A stretch of DNA of 64,000 nucleotides, from assembly GCA_965116865.1 (NCBI GenBank), contig OZ220727.1, positions 1,156,798 through 1,220,797 on the forward strand, read 5' to 3'. The DNA comes from Acidimicrobiales bacterium. Its GTDB lineage: Bacteria; Actinomycetota; Acidimicrobiia; Acidimicrobiales; Aldehydirespiratoraceae. How positions within the stretch are numbered: the first letter of the stretch is position 1; each line of letters begins with the position of its first letter. The position numbers and the translations under genes were made by a program. The notes below the pieces were generated by a model that saw nothing but the letters and a program-made list of their open reading frames with translations, did no database searches and was not told the origin of the DNA. Of this stretch, positions 57,104 through 64,000 are shown one piece after another.

Positions 57104-57194
57104 GTCCGGTCAGACCGCGTCGGGGGCGATGGTCCGACCGCATCGCCGTTGCCGCCGCCGGCGCCGTCCGGTCAGACCGCGTCGGGGGCGATGG
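57104..57194. repeat. X-Y-X junction repeat, period 62 bp, seeded on the amidase stop
   Basis: The segment gtccggtcagaccgcgtcgggggcgatgg occurs at 57104-57132 and 57166-57194. The second copy contains the amidase TGA (57172-57174). Confidence 0.9.
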
Positions 57195-58584
57195 GATCGA
57201 GGGCCAGAAGGTCCTCAATCACGGCGACGGTCTCAAGGACGGACAGATCGTCGAGCTGGTGGCCCACAACCTGCAAGCCGATGGGCACGCCCTCGGTGCT
57301 GAAGCCGCAGCACACCGTGCCGGCCGGGCGCCGGGCGAGGTTGGCCAGAGGCGTGAAACGGAACCAGTTGGGGGTCTCGACGCCGTTGATGGTGCCGTGC
57401 CCGGCCGGGGCCGGGGCCTGACCCGCCAGGGTGGGCGTCAGCAAGACATCGTAGCCGTCCATTAGTTCGGCCAGGCGGATGGACAGCTCACCGGCCTGCC
57501 GACGGGCGCCGTAGAGCGACTCCGGCGTGGCGCGCTGGTAGGCGTCCTCCAGCATGACTGCCAGCACGTCGGTGACGTCGTCCCACTCGTCGGTGCCGTA
57601 CAGCGGGCGGAGCGCGGGCCCGATCAAACCCCCCAGGAACAGCTGGAGGAACGCTCCGGGCACTGCGGTGATCACCGCGCCGGCCTCGACCACCGCCACA
57701 CCCTCGGCGGCCAGACGTTCGACCGCTGCTGTGCAGGCCGCCGCGATCTCGGCGTCTACCGGCTCTCCGTCGATCGCCGGCGCCCACAGCACCCGGGCCG
57801 GCGCCCGCGGGCTGTCGAGCGCGGCCCGCCAGGACGTGTCCGGCTTGGGCAGGCTGCGCAGGTCAGCCGGATGGGGGCCGACCACGGCGTCCAGGCACAG
57901 GGCCACGTCGCGGATGAGGCGGGCCATCGGACCCACGCACGACAGGTCGATCAGGCCCGACGGCGGCGGGCCGCTCGGCACCCGGCCCTGGCTTGTCTTG
58001 ATGCCCGACAAGCCGCACAGAGCCGACGGTATGCGGATCGAGCCGCCCCCGTCTGACCCGGTGCCTGCCGGGACCATCCCCGACGCGATGGCCGCGCCCG
58101 TGCCCCCCGAGGACCCGCCCGGCGAGCGCTCCAGGTTCCAGGGGTTGAGCGTGGGCCCGAACCGGGGGTTCCAGGTGTCGCCCATGCAGCCGTGCTCGGG
58201 AGTGTTGGTCTTGCCCACGATCACGCAGCCCGCAGCCCGCATCCGGGCGACCTCTGTGCTGTCGAAAGCGGCCTGCGGGTCGTCGCGGGTGTGCATCGCT
58301 CCCTTGGAGGTGCAGAACCCGGCCGCGTCCGCCAGGTCCTTCACGCCGATGGGGATCCCCGCCAGCGGACCGACGTCCTCGCCGGCTTCGATCCGGGCAT
58401 CGATCGCCTCTGCCTGGGATCGTGCGCCGTCGACATCCACGGACACGAAGGCGTTCAGCACCGGGTTGAGCGCCTCTATGCGCTCGAGCGCATGCTCGAC
58501 AACCGCGGCGGCGGTGAGGGCGCCGTCCCGCACCATGGTCGCGAGGGCCTCCACGGTCACCGTCCGGAAGTCGGGTACTTCCAT
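57172..58584 (-). CDS. amidase-signature family amidase
   Basis: GGSSGGTGAAIASG and GSDGGGSIRIPSALCG motifs. 470 aa. Confidence 0.85.
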   Translation of the reverse strand: MEVPDFRTVTVEALATMVRDGALTAAAVVEHALERIEALNPVLNAFVSVDVDGARSQAEAIDARIEAGEDVGPLAGIPIGVKDLADAAGFCTSKGAMHTRDDPQAAFDSTEVARMRAAGCVIVGKTNTPEHGCMGDTWNPRFGPTLNPWNLERSPGGSSGGTGAAIASGMVPAGTGSDGGGSIRIPSALCGLSGIKTSQGRVPSGPPPSGLIDLSCVGPMARLIRDVALCLDAVVGPHPADLRSLPKPDTSWRAALDSPRAPARVLWAPAIDGEPVDAEIAAACTAAVERLAAEGVAVVEAGAVITAVPGAFLQLFLGGLIGPALRPLYGTDEWDDVTDVLAVMLEDAYQRATPESLYGARRQAGELSIRLAELMDGYDVLLTPTLAGQAPAPAGHGTINGVETPNWFRFTPLANLARRPAGTVCCGFSTEGVPIGLQVVGHQLDDLSVLETVAVIEDLLALDPIAPDAV

Positions 58585-58679
58585 TGACTCAGCCCTCCCG
58601 TGTATGTCTCCCGCCGCCGGCCCGAGCAGCCAGTCCGAAGGGGCTCACCCACAACCTGCCGGCCGGGTGGGTGGGCATT

Positions 58680-59087
58680 TCACCACACCGTCGGCGCCGA
58701 GGGGGACCCGCGGTGCCGTCTCATGCGGTCGTCCTTGGCGACGAGGCTCCAGCCGTGCTCGACGGCAGTGGCGTAGATCAGACGGTCCGCGGGGTCGCCG
58801 GGGAACGTGTCGGGCAGAGACGCCGCGATGGACGCGACGGACGGGCTCGACACCGCTGCACGAACGGACTCGGCGAGCTGTCCGAGCCATCTGCCAATGG
58901 GCAGGCTCACACTGATCCGGCCCCGTCGGGCCAGCCAGCCGAGCTCATACCAGGTGATGGCGGCCACCGCTAGCTCGTCGGCTTCCTCCAGTGCGGTCCG
59001 CGCTGCGGCACTGACCCGTTCGGGCTCGGCAGACCACCAATGAAGAACATGAGTGTCGACAAGGAGCGCGCTCAATCGAAGTCCCAC
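58680..59087 (-). CDS. vapC: PIN-domain toxin
   Basis: LLVDTHVLHWW ... ITWYELGWL ... DPADRLIYATAVEH. The GTG 59087 start overlaps the antitoxin 3' end. Confidence 0.75.
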   Translation of the reverse strand: MGLRLSALLVDTHVLHWWSAEPERVSAAARTALEEADELAVAAITWYELGWLARRGRISVSLPIGRWLGQLAESVRAAVSSPSVASIAASLPDTFPGDPADRLIYATAVEHGWSLVAKDDRMRRHRGSPSAPTVW

Positions 59088-59299
59088 TCCGCGCCGGTAG
59101 TGAAGAGGGGCTCGCCATCGGTGACGCTTCGAGCCACGCCGATGAACCGGCCCCGCAGAGAGGCGGGTCCGGAGGCCGGTACGAGCCGGGCGACGGTGCG
59201 GCCGTGCTTGGTTATCTCGATCTCGTCTCCGGCTGCGACATCGTCCAGCAGAGCGAGGATGCCGGCCTTCGCCTGAGTTGCCGTCACTTGCCTGGCCAT
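59072..59299 (-). CDS. Phd/YefM-type antitoxin
   Basis: QVTATQAKAGILALLDDVAAGDEIEITKHGRTVARLVP is the typical Phd/YefM N-terminal fold pattern. Confidence 0.75.
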   Translation of the reverse strand: MARQVTATQAKAGILALLDDVAAGDEIEITKHGRTVARLVPASGPASLRGRFIGVARSVTDGEPLFTTGAEWDFD

Positions 59300-59318
59300 A
59301 TTGCCATTGTAATGGCCA

Positions 59319-60677
59319 TCACCGGTGTGCGCTGCCGCCAGAGAGATGCTCCACTAGCCGTTCCAGCCCGGCGACCCGCGATCCCTTCACCAGCACGGCC
59401 GATGAATCGTCCAAGGGACCGATGCCTGCCAGTGCGGCCAGGGCTCCGGCGATGCCCTCTGCCTCCACGGCTGCGGCTCCGCCCGACGAATAGAGCGGCG
59501 CGTCGACTGCGATCACCTTGATTCCGAGCTGTCCTGCCAACGAGCCGACGGCGGCATGCTCCGCGGCTTCGAACTCCCCGAGTTCCGCCATAGTGCCCAG
59601 CACGGCGATACGGCGCGAGGCTGGCAGCGCTGCCAAGGCGCGCAGGGCCGCCCGCATCGACAGCGGATTGGCGTTGTAGGTGTCGTTCAGGAGTCTGGCG
59701 CCCCCTGCAGTCCGCACGACCTCCATACGCAACGGCGACAGCGTCGGCTCCGCCAGCCCCGCCGCCACATCGTCCAGCGCCACCCCGAGTTCGATGCCGA
59801 CCGCGGCTGCGGCCAGGGCATTGTCGACCGAATGCAGGCCGCGGGCTCCCAGCTCGACCTCGATCTCCCCGGCCGGGCTCTGAAGCACGAAGCGGGGGGT
59901 GAGTTCGTCATCGAGGGTGAGGTTCCGTGCCCGCACCTCGCCGCCGGCGCCGAATGTGACCACCCGGACGTCCGCGGCCTTCGCCATGGCGGCCACCTCG
60001 GGCACGCCCGAGTTGAGGAAGGCCACTCCCCCGACGCCGGCAGCGGGGAGGCACTCGACCAGCTCCCGCTTGGCCGCCACCACCGCGGCGAGCGACCCCA
60101 GCTCGCTGGTGTGCGACAGCCCCACCGTGGTGACCACGCCCATGGTCGGACGGGCCACACGACACATTTCGGCGATGTGCCCGGCGCCCCTCGAACCCAT
60201 CTCGACCACCAGCGCTTCGACGTCGTCCGGGGCCGACAGCAGAGTGATCGGCACTCCGATCTCGTTGTTGAACGACCGGGTGCTGGCCCACACCCGTCTG
60301 TCCCGCCCGAGCACCGCTGCCAGCAGGTCCTTGGTGATGGTCTTGCCCACCGACCCGGTCACGCCCACCACCGGCGCCGACCCGAGCCGGCGCCGTGCAG
60401 CGCAGGCCAGGGCGGTCAACGCTGCCAGGGTGTCGTCCACCTCCACCGCGGCGGCGTCGACACCGACGGGCCCGCGGGCGGTCAGATAGGCGGACGCGCC
60501 TGCTGCGACCGCATCGGCGATGAAGTCGTGACCGTCGCGCTCGGCCACCAGCGGGACGAACAGCATGCCCGGCTGCACGTCTCGGCTGTCCTGGATGGCG
60601 CCGTCGATCGTGGCGGCACCGTCGCCGCGCAGGCAGCCCCCGGTGGCCGCCGCGACCTCATCGAGCGTCCAGCGCAT
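59319..60677 (-). CDS. murF: UDP-N-acetylmuramoyl-tripeptide--D-alanyl-D-alanine ligase
   Basis: ATG 60677 gives MRWTLDEVAAATGG...IQDSRDVQPGMLFVPL. P-loop VGVTGSVGKTITKD. The C-terminal end is Mur-ligase-like. The upstream 181 codons of the track ORF are repeat read-through. Confidence 0.85.
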   Translation of the reverse strand: MRWTLDEVAAATGGCLRGDGAATIDGAIQDSRDVQPGMLFVPLVAERDGHDFIADAVAAGASAYLTARGPVGVDAAAVEVDDTLAALTALACAARRRLGSAPVVGVTGSVGKTITKDLLAAVLGRDRRVWASTRSFNNEIGVPITLLSAPDDVEALVVEMGSRGAGHIAEMCRVARPTMGVVTTVGLSHTSELGSLAAVVAAKRELVECLPAAGVGGVAFLNSGVPEVAAMAKAADVRVVTFGAGGEVRARNLTLDDELTPRFVLQSPAGEIEVELGARGLHSVDNALAAAAVGIELGVALDDVAAGLAEPTLSPLRMEVVRTAGGARLLNDTYNANPLSMRAALRALAALPASRRIAVLGTMAELGEFEAAEHAAVGSLAGQLGIKVIAVDAPLYSSGGAAAVEAEGIAGALAALAGIGPLDDSSAVLVKGSRVAGLERLVEHLSGGSAHR

Positions 60678-60708
60678 GCCGCGAGTGTTGCACGCCCAGC
60701 CACGGCTG

Positions 60709-60885
60709 GCAGAACAAAGCACGCGCGCGCACGCCATGCACGACCGGTGCGCGTGTTTGGACCGAACACGCGCACCGGTGGCAGAACAAAGCGCGCGCAC
60801 GCCATGCACGACCCCGGTGGCCCGGCCCCGGTGGACGGCCCGCAGCCGCGCAGAACAAAGCACGCGCGCGCACGCCATGCACGAC
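60709..60885. repeat. repeat-spacer-like array (X 36/32/36 bp, two unrelated Y of 36 and 37 bp) in the murF/ddl divergent region
   Basis: X (gcagaacaaagc(ac)gcgcgc(gc)acgccatgcacgac) occurs at 60709, 60781 and 60850. Y1 (60745-60780) is a perfect 14-bp-stem hairpin. Y2 (60813-60849) is unrelated to Y1. Confidence 0.9.
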
Positions 60886-60935
60886 GCTGCCATTTCGGCG
60901 CCGGCGCTAGCGTCGTCGGCGTGGAGGACCGCAGG

Positions 60936-62048
60936 GTGAGGCTGGTCGTGCTGTTCGGAGGACGCTCCGCCGAACACGACGTGTCGTGCGTCTCGGCCCG
61001 TCATGTGGTGGCCGCCGCCGATCCCGCGAAGTACATCGTCGAGCCGGTGGGCATAACCCGGGAGGGCCGCTGGGTGCGGGCGACGGAAGCCCTCGGCGCC
61101 GGCTCCGACGCTCTGCCCGAGCGACTCAGCGCCGCCGGTCAGGAGATCGAGCCTCTGACGCTGGCCGCAGACCGCGGAGACGACCCGTCCCGACCGACGG
61201 TGGTGCTTCCGATCCTGCACGGTCCGATGGGCGAGGACGGAACGGTGCAGGGCTTGCTGGAGCTGGCCCGGGTCCCCTACGCCGGGGCCGGGGTGCTGGC
61301 CTCAGCGCTGTGCATGGACAAGACCGCGGCCGCGACGATGCTGACAGCGGCCGGCATCGCCCACACCCGCTGGCGCAGCATGACGCTCGACGACCCGGAC
61401 GCTAGCGACGCCGCGCTGGCACCGCAGGTCGAGGCCATCGTCGATGATCTCGGCCTGCCGGTGTTCGTGAAGCCGGCCGGCATGGGATCGTCGGTCGGCA
61501 TCTCCAGGGCGGCCACCCGCCGCGGCATAGCCGACGGACTGCGCCTGGCATGCCGCTACGACCGATCCGTCATCGTGGAGGAGGAGGCCCGTGCCCGCGA
61601 GATCGAGGTGGCCGTGCTCGGCAACGACGAGCCCGCAGCGAGCCTGCCCGGTGAGATAGTCCCCGGCGCGGACTTCTACGACTACGCAGACAAGTACGAC
61701 GACGGCGCCGATCTGCTGGTCCCGGCGCCCCTCGACGACGACGAGACCGACGCTTGCCGGAGCCTCGCCGTCGCCGCCTACCGGGCGCTGCGGGCGGAGG
61801 GCCTGGCCCGGGTGGACTTCCTGTACGAGGACGGGCGCGGCGGGCGCGGCGACCGGGGCTGGATGGTGAGCGAACTGAACACGATGCCGGGCTTCACTCC
61901 CATATCGATGTACCCGAAGCTCTGGGCCGCGACCGGGCTCACCTACCCCCGGCTCATCGACCGTCTCGTGGAGCTTGCCCTGGAACGCCACGCCCGCCGC
62001 GAGCACCACACCCGCACCGATCCCGACACCGCCCTTCGCTTCGACTGA
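60936..62048 (+). CDS. ddl: D-alanine--D-alanine ligase
   Basis: GTG 60936 with GGAGGA 7 nt upstream. VVLFGGRSAEHDVSCVSA, ILHGPMGEDGTVQGLLEL and ELNTMPGFT. Confidence 0.9.
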   Translation: MRLVVLFGGRSAEHDVSCVSARHVVAAADPAKYIVEPVGITREGRWVRATEALGAGSDALPERLSAAGQEIEPLTLAADRGDDPSRPTVVLPILHGPMGEDGTVQGLLELARVPYAGAGVLASALCMDKTAAATMLTAAGIAHTRWRSMTLDDPDASDAALAPQVEAIVDDLGLPVFVKPAGMGSSVGISRAATRRGIADGLRLACRYDRSVIVEEEARAREIEVAVLGNDEPAASLPGEIVPGADFYDYADKYDDGADLLVPAPLDDDETDACRSLAVAAYRALRAEGLARVDFLYEDGRGGRGDRGWMVSELNTMPGFTPISMYPKLWAATGLTYPRLIDRLVELALERHARREHHTRTDPDTALRFD

Positions 62049-62139
62049 CAGGCCGATCGGCGCGCCGTGCATGGCGAGCGGCCCGTGATGCCGGTGGATT
62101 CAGGCTCCATCAGAAGTCGGCCGCGCTCGGCAGCAGGCT

Positions 62140-62403
62140 TCATCGAGACCTGCAGACGTCGCGGCGATGGCCGACGCGGATCACATGGATCACCAGGCGC
62201 TCGCCGATGACCTCATACAAGATCCGATAGTCGCCGACGCTCACCCGATACACGGACTCCTCACCCGCGAGAGCGACACAGTTCGGAGGCCTCGGCTCGT
62301 CAGCCAGCAGGTCTATCGCGGCTCGAACACGGCGCTGTTCGTGACGGGGCGCGGTTGGAGTTGGTGTTACCGCGTTCATTCGTCGCAGCATCGCCGGGGT
62401 CAC
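62140..62403 (-). CDS. relE: RelE/ParE-family toxin, N-terminally atypical and without a cognate antitoxin gene
   Basis: C-terminal YRVSVGDYRILYEVIGERLVIHVIRVGHRRDV is the canonical RelE/ParE core. The N-terminal strand and helix are replaced by repeat-derived sequence. Confidence 0.6.
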   Translation of the reverse strand: MTPAMLRRMNAVTPTPTAPRHEQRRVRAAIDLLADEPRPPNCVALAGEESVYRVSVGDYRILYEVIGERLVIHVIRVGHRRDVCRSR

Positions 62404-62459
62404 GGCCTCGACGTCCAGTCAATAGTTGGAGTTGGTGCTACCGCGTTCATTCGTCACAG
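62354..62459. repeat. X-Y-X junction repeat, period 71 bp, at the relE 5' end
   Basis: The segment gttggagttggtg(t/c)taccgcgttcattcgtc(g/a)cag occurs at 62354-62388 and 62425-62459. X contains an ATGA stop/start junction on the minus strand. Confidence 0.9.
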
Positions 62460-62520
62460 TGTCTTGAGACCGGCTGAACTGGAGAGATTTCGTATGATGT
62501 TCCACCCTCGCCGAGGCCGC

Positions 62521-63279
62521 TCACCCAGCCTGACCCTCAGCCGCTCCGGGTTGGATGTCGAGGAGGGGGCCGAGCTCCCGGAGGCGGGCGCGTCGTATGC
62601 GGTAGTCGGGCACGGCCTGGGCGACCACAGCCCAGTATTCGGGCGTGTGGCCGCGGACGCGCAGGTGTGCGAGCTCGTGGGCGATCACGTAGTCGAGGAG
62701 GGCGGGCGGGGCCATGACGGCACGCCAGTTGAAGCGCAGCGTGCCGTCCGGGGCGCAGCTCGCCCAGCGGCGGCGCTGACCGCGGACGAGGACCGCTTTC
62801 GGCTGCGCGCCGAGGAGGCTCGCGATGCGCTCCACGCGCGGCGGGAGCTTCAGCGCGGCGCGGTCGCGGTACCACGCCTCGAATGCGGCCCGCACCTTCT
62901 CGAGCCGTTCCTCGCCTCGCAGAAAGCGGGGGACGCCGACGTCGAACTCCCAGTGGTGGAACCCGACCTCGACCCTGGCGCCGTCGATGGGATGCACGGT
63001 GAGGCGCACCGACCGGCCGAGATAGGGCAGGGACTCGCCGCTGACGAACCGGCGGGGCGGTGCGCACGCCGTGGCCGCGCCGTCGTGCCGGACGATCCAG
63101 CCGGCACGGCGACGCACAGTCTCCTCGACTTGCTCCGCAGGCGTGTCGACAGGCGCCGCCACCCTGACGACACCGGGCGCATCGACGGTGACCTCGATCG
63201 TCTTGCGCCGTCTCGGGCTGCGGACGACCTGGTACTCGATCCGGGCTTCGCCGAAGACGACCTCCCCGCGCTCTGTCAC
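62521..63279 (-). CDS. DUF45/YgjP-like (M48-type) zinc metallopeptidase
   Basis: The HELAHL zinc motif lies within LDYVIAHELAHLRVRGH. The real start is GTG 63279 (VTERGEVVFGEARIEYQVVRS). This gene type is a common companion of type I R-M systems. Confidence 0.8.
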   Translation of the reverse strand: MTERGEVVFGEARIEYQVVRSPRRRKTIEVTVDAPGVVRVAAPVDTPAEQVEETVRRRAGWIVRHDGAATACAPPRRFVSGESLPYLGRSVRLTVHPIDGARVEVGFHHWEFDVGVPRFLRGEERLEKVRAAFEAWYRDRAALKLPPRVERIASLLGAQPKAVLVRGQRRRWASCAPDGTLRFNWRAVMAPPALLDYVIAHELAHLRVRGHTPEYWAVVAQAVPDYRIRRARLRELGPLLDIQPGAAEGQAG

Positions 63280-63450
63280 ACGAGCCTCTTGCGGGCCATC
63301 TCCATGACCTTCGAGCACCGCGACGACGACGCCGTACAGGCCCGCGTCACACGAGCCTCTTGCGGGCCATCTCCATGACCTTCGAGCACCGCGACGACGA
63401 CGCCGTACAGGCCCGCGTCACACGAGCCTCTTGCGGGCCATCTCCATGAC
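63275..63450. repeat. 71-bp tandem array (X-Y-X-Y-X) seeded on the hsdR stop / DUF45 start GTGA junction
   Basis: X (gtcacacgagcctcttgcgggccatctccatgac) occurs at 63275, 63346 and 63417. Y (cttcgagcaccgcgacgacgacgccgtacaggcccgc) occurs twice. Confidence 0.95.
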
Positions 63451-64000
63451 TTGGCGGGCCAGCTCCTCGACCTCGCCCTCGTCGTAAGGGCCGGCACGCA
63501 GGCGGCGCTTAATGTCGCGCCGCACCTCGCGCTGGCTCTCGAGGTTCTCGTGCCAGTCGAGCAAGGACTGGAGGTTCCGAACGATCTCCTCGATGTCGAG
63601 GGCCGTCTCTTTGACCCTGGCGTCAAGGTCGGCGGGTTGGAGCTCCAGGTGCTCCGATGCTGCGGGTGAGGAGCCGCCGGGGTCGCCTGCCTCGGTGCGT
63701 TTGCGGCCCAGCAGGCCGTACACCGCGTACGCCATCGGCGTGAGGCCCTGGTCTGCGGCGAACATTTCCTCCTGAGTGACCTGCTCGCGCAGCGCGGCCA
63801 TGCGTTTGCAGCCCTCGGCCGCGTCGATCACCTTGCCCCGCAGCTCGCCGATGATGCGGGCGAGCGCCTCCGAGAGCCTCTCGTAGAGGGCGGGATTCTC
63901 TGCGACCCGCTCGTTGATCTGGGCCCGCAGCGCGTGCTCCATCAGCGAGGCCCGCGCCTCGTCGTGGGGCAGGCTCTCGATCTTCTGTTCGAAGTCGCGG
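63418..64000 (-). CDS. hsdR: type I restriction enzyme R subunit, C-terminal part (gene continues beyond the window)
   Basis: The frame is open to the window edge. FEQKIESLPHDEARASLMEHALRAQINERVAENPALYERLSEALARII resembles the HsdR C-terminal (DUF3387-like) region. It ends MEMARKRLV. Confidence 0.7.
   Translation of the reverse strand, partial: RDFEQKIESLPHDEARASLMEHALRAQINERVAENPALYERLSEALARIIGELRGKVIDAAEGCKRMAALREQVTQEEMFAADQGLTPMAYAVYGLLGRKRTEAGDPGGSSPAASEHLELQPADLDARVKETALDIEEIVRNLQSLLDWHENLESQREVRRDIKRRLRAGPYDEGEVEELARQVMEMARKRLV

Noticed and set aside
63238-63311. Y segment of the hsdR array as a diverged copy of the DUF45 5' flank, which would make the array a plain tandem duplication.
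   Set aside because: The hand alignment gives only patchy matches (cttcg, ccg, gacgac) that are common in GC-rich DNA. This neither confirms nor excludes the idea, so it is left as an explicit refutation test.
2602-63450. Diversity-generating retroelement (template/variable repeat pairs at gene 3' ends).
   Set aside because: There is no reverse transcriptase in the window. Differences between repeat copies are not adenine-specific (for example t/c, t/g and c/g changes). Many arrays are non-coding.

Overview
High-GC (about 70%) chromosomal segment, probably from an actinobacterium. This is inferred from CarD, an InhA-like FabI, a REP13E12-type DUF222-HNH gene, and many GTG starts and GTGA stop/start overlaps.

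Core genes:
- Zinc-uptake set: znuA, znuB, a divergent zur with a candidate Zur box, and an unlinked His-tailed ZnuC-like ATPase.
- ogt, ung, geranylgeranyl reductase, ppc and a CoA-transferase.
- A BMP-type (nucleoside-like) ABC operon, carD and a Fic protein.
- A CoxM-CoxS fusion plus CoxL molybdoenzyme.
- HIT, thrS, fabI, two tandem CNNM/CorC paralogues and an ABC ATPase.
- Thiamine pyrophosphokinase, an M23 peptidase, an amidase, and divergent murF/ddl.
- Five tRNAs: Arg-TCT, His-GTG, Lys-CTT, Pro-TGG and Val-CAC.

Accessory DNA:
- An island at about 31.8-44.0 kb. It holds a TIR-bounded MITE-like element, a DUF222-HNH gene with a large internal repeat expansion and a duplicated 5' end, rve and IS110 transposase pseudogenes, a HEPN/nucleotidyltransferase pair, MazEF, an AAA ATPase and VapBC.
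- A second PIN/Phd pair at 58.7-59.3 kb.
- At the right edge, a truncated relE, a DUF45 peptidase and the 3' end of hsdR.

The most unusual signal is not a gene. At least 21 short tandem arrays have locus-specific sequences but share one geometry. A duplicated native segment X alternates with an insert-like segment Y, and the periods cluster at 61-63 and 70-75 bp. Most arrays are seeded exactly at gene stops, gene starts or divergent promoters. Some preserve GTGA translational coupling through 24-codon mini-ORFs.

A separate structured dispersed element of about 140 bp occurs in 3 full copies and 1 partial copy. Two 14-bp tandem duplications are also present.

All calls come from manual reading of the sequence and ORF track. 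No database search was possible.
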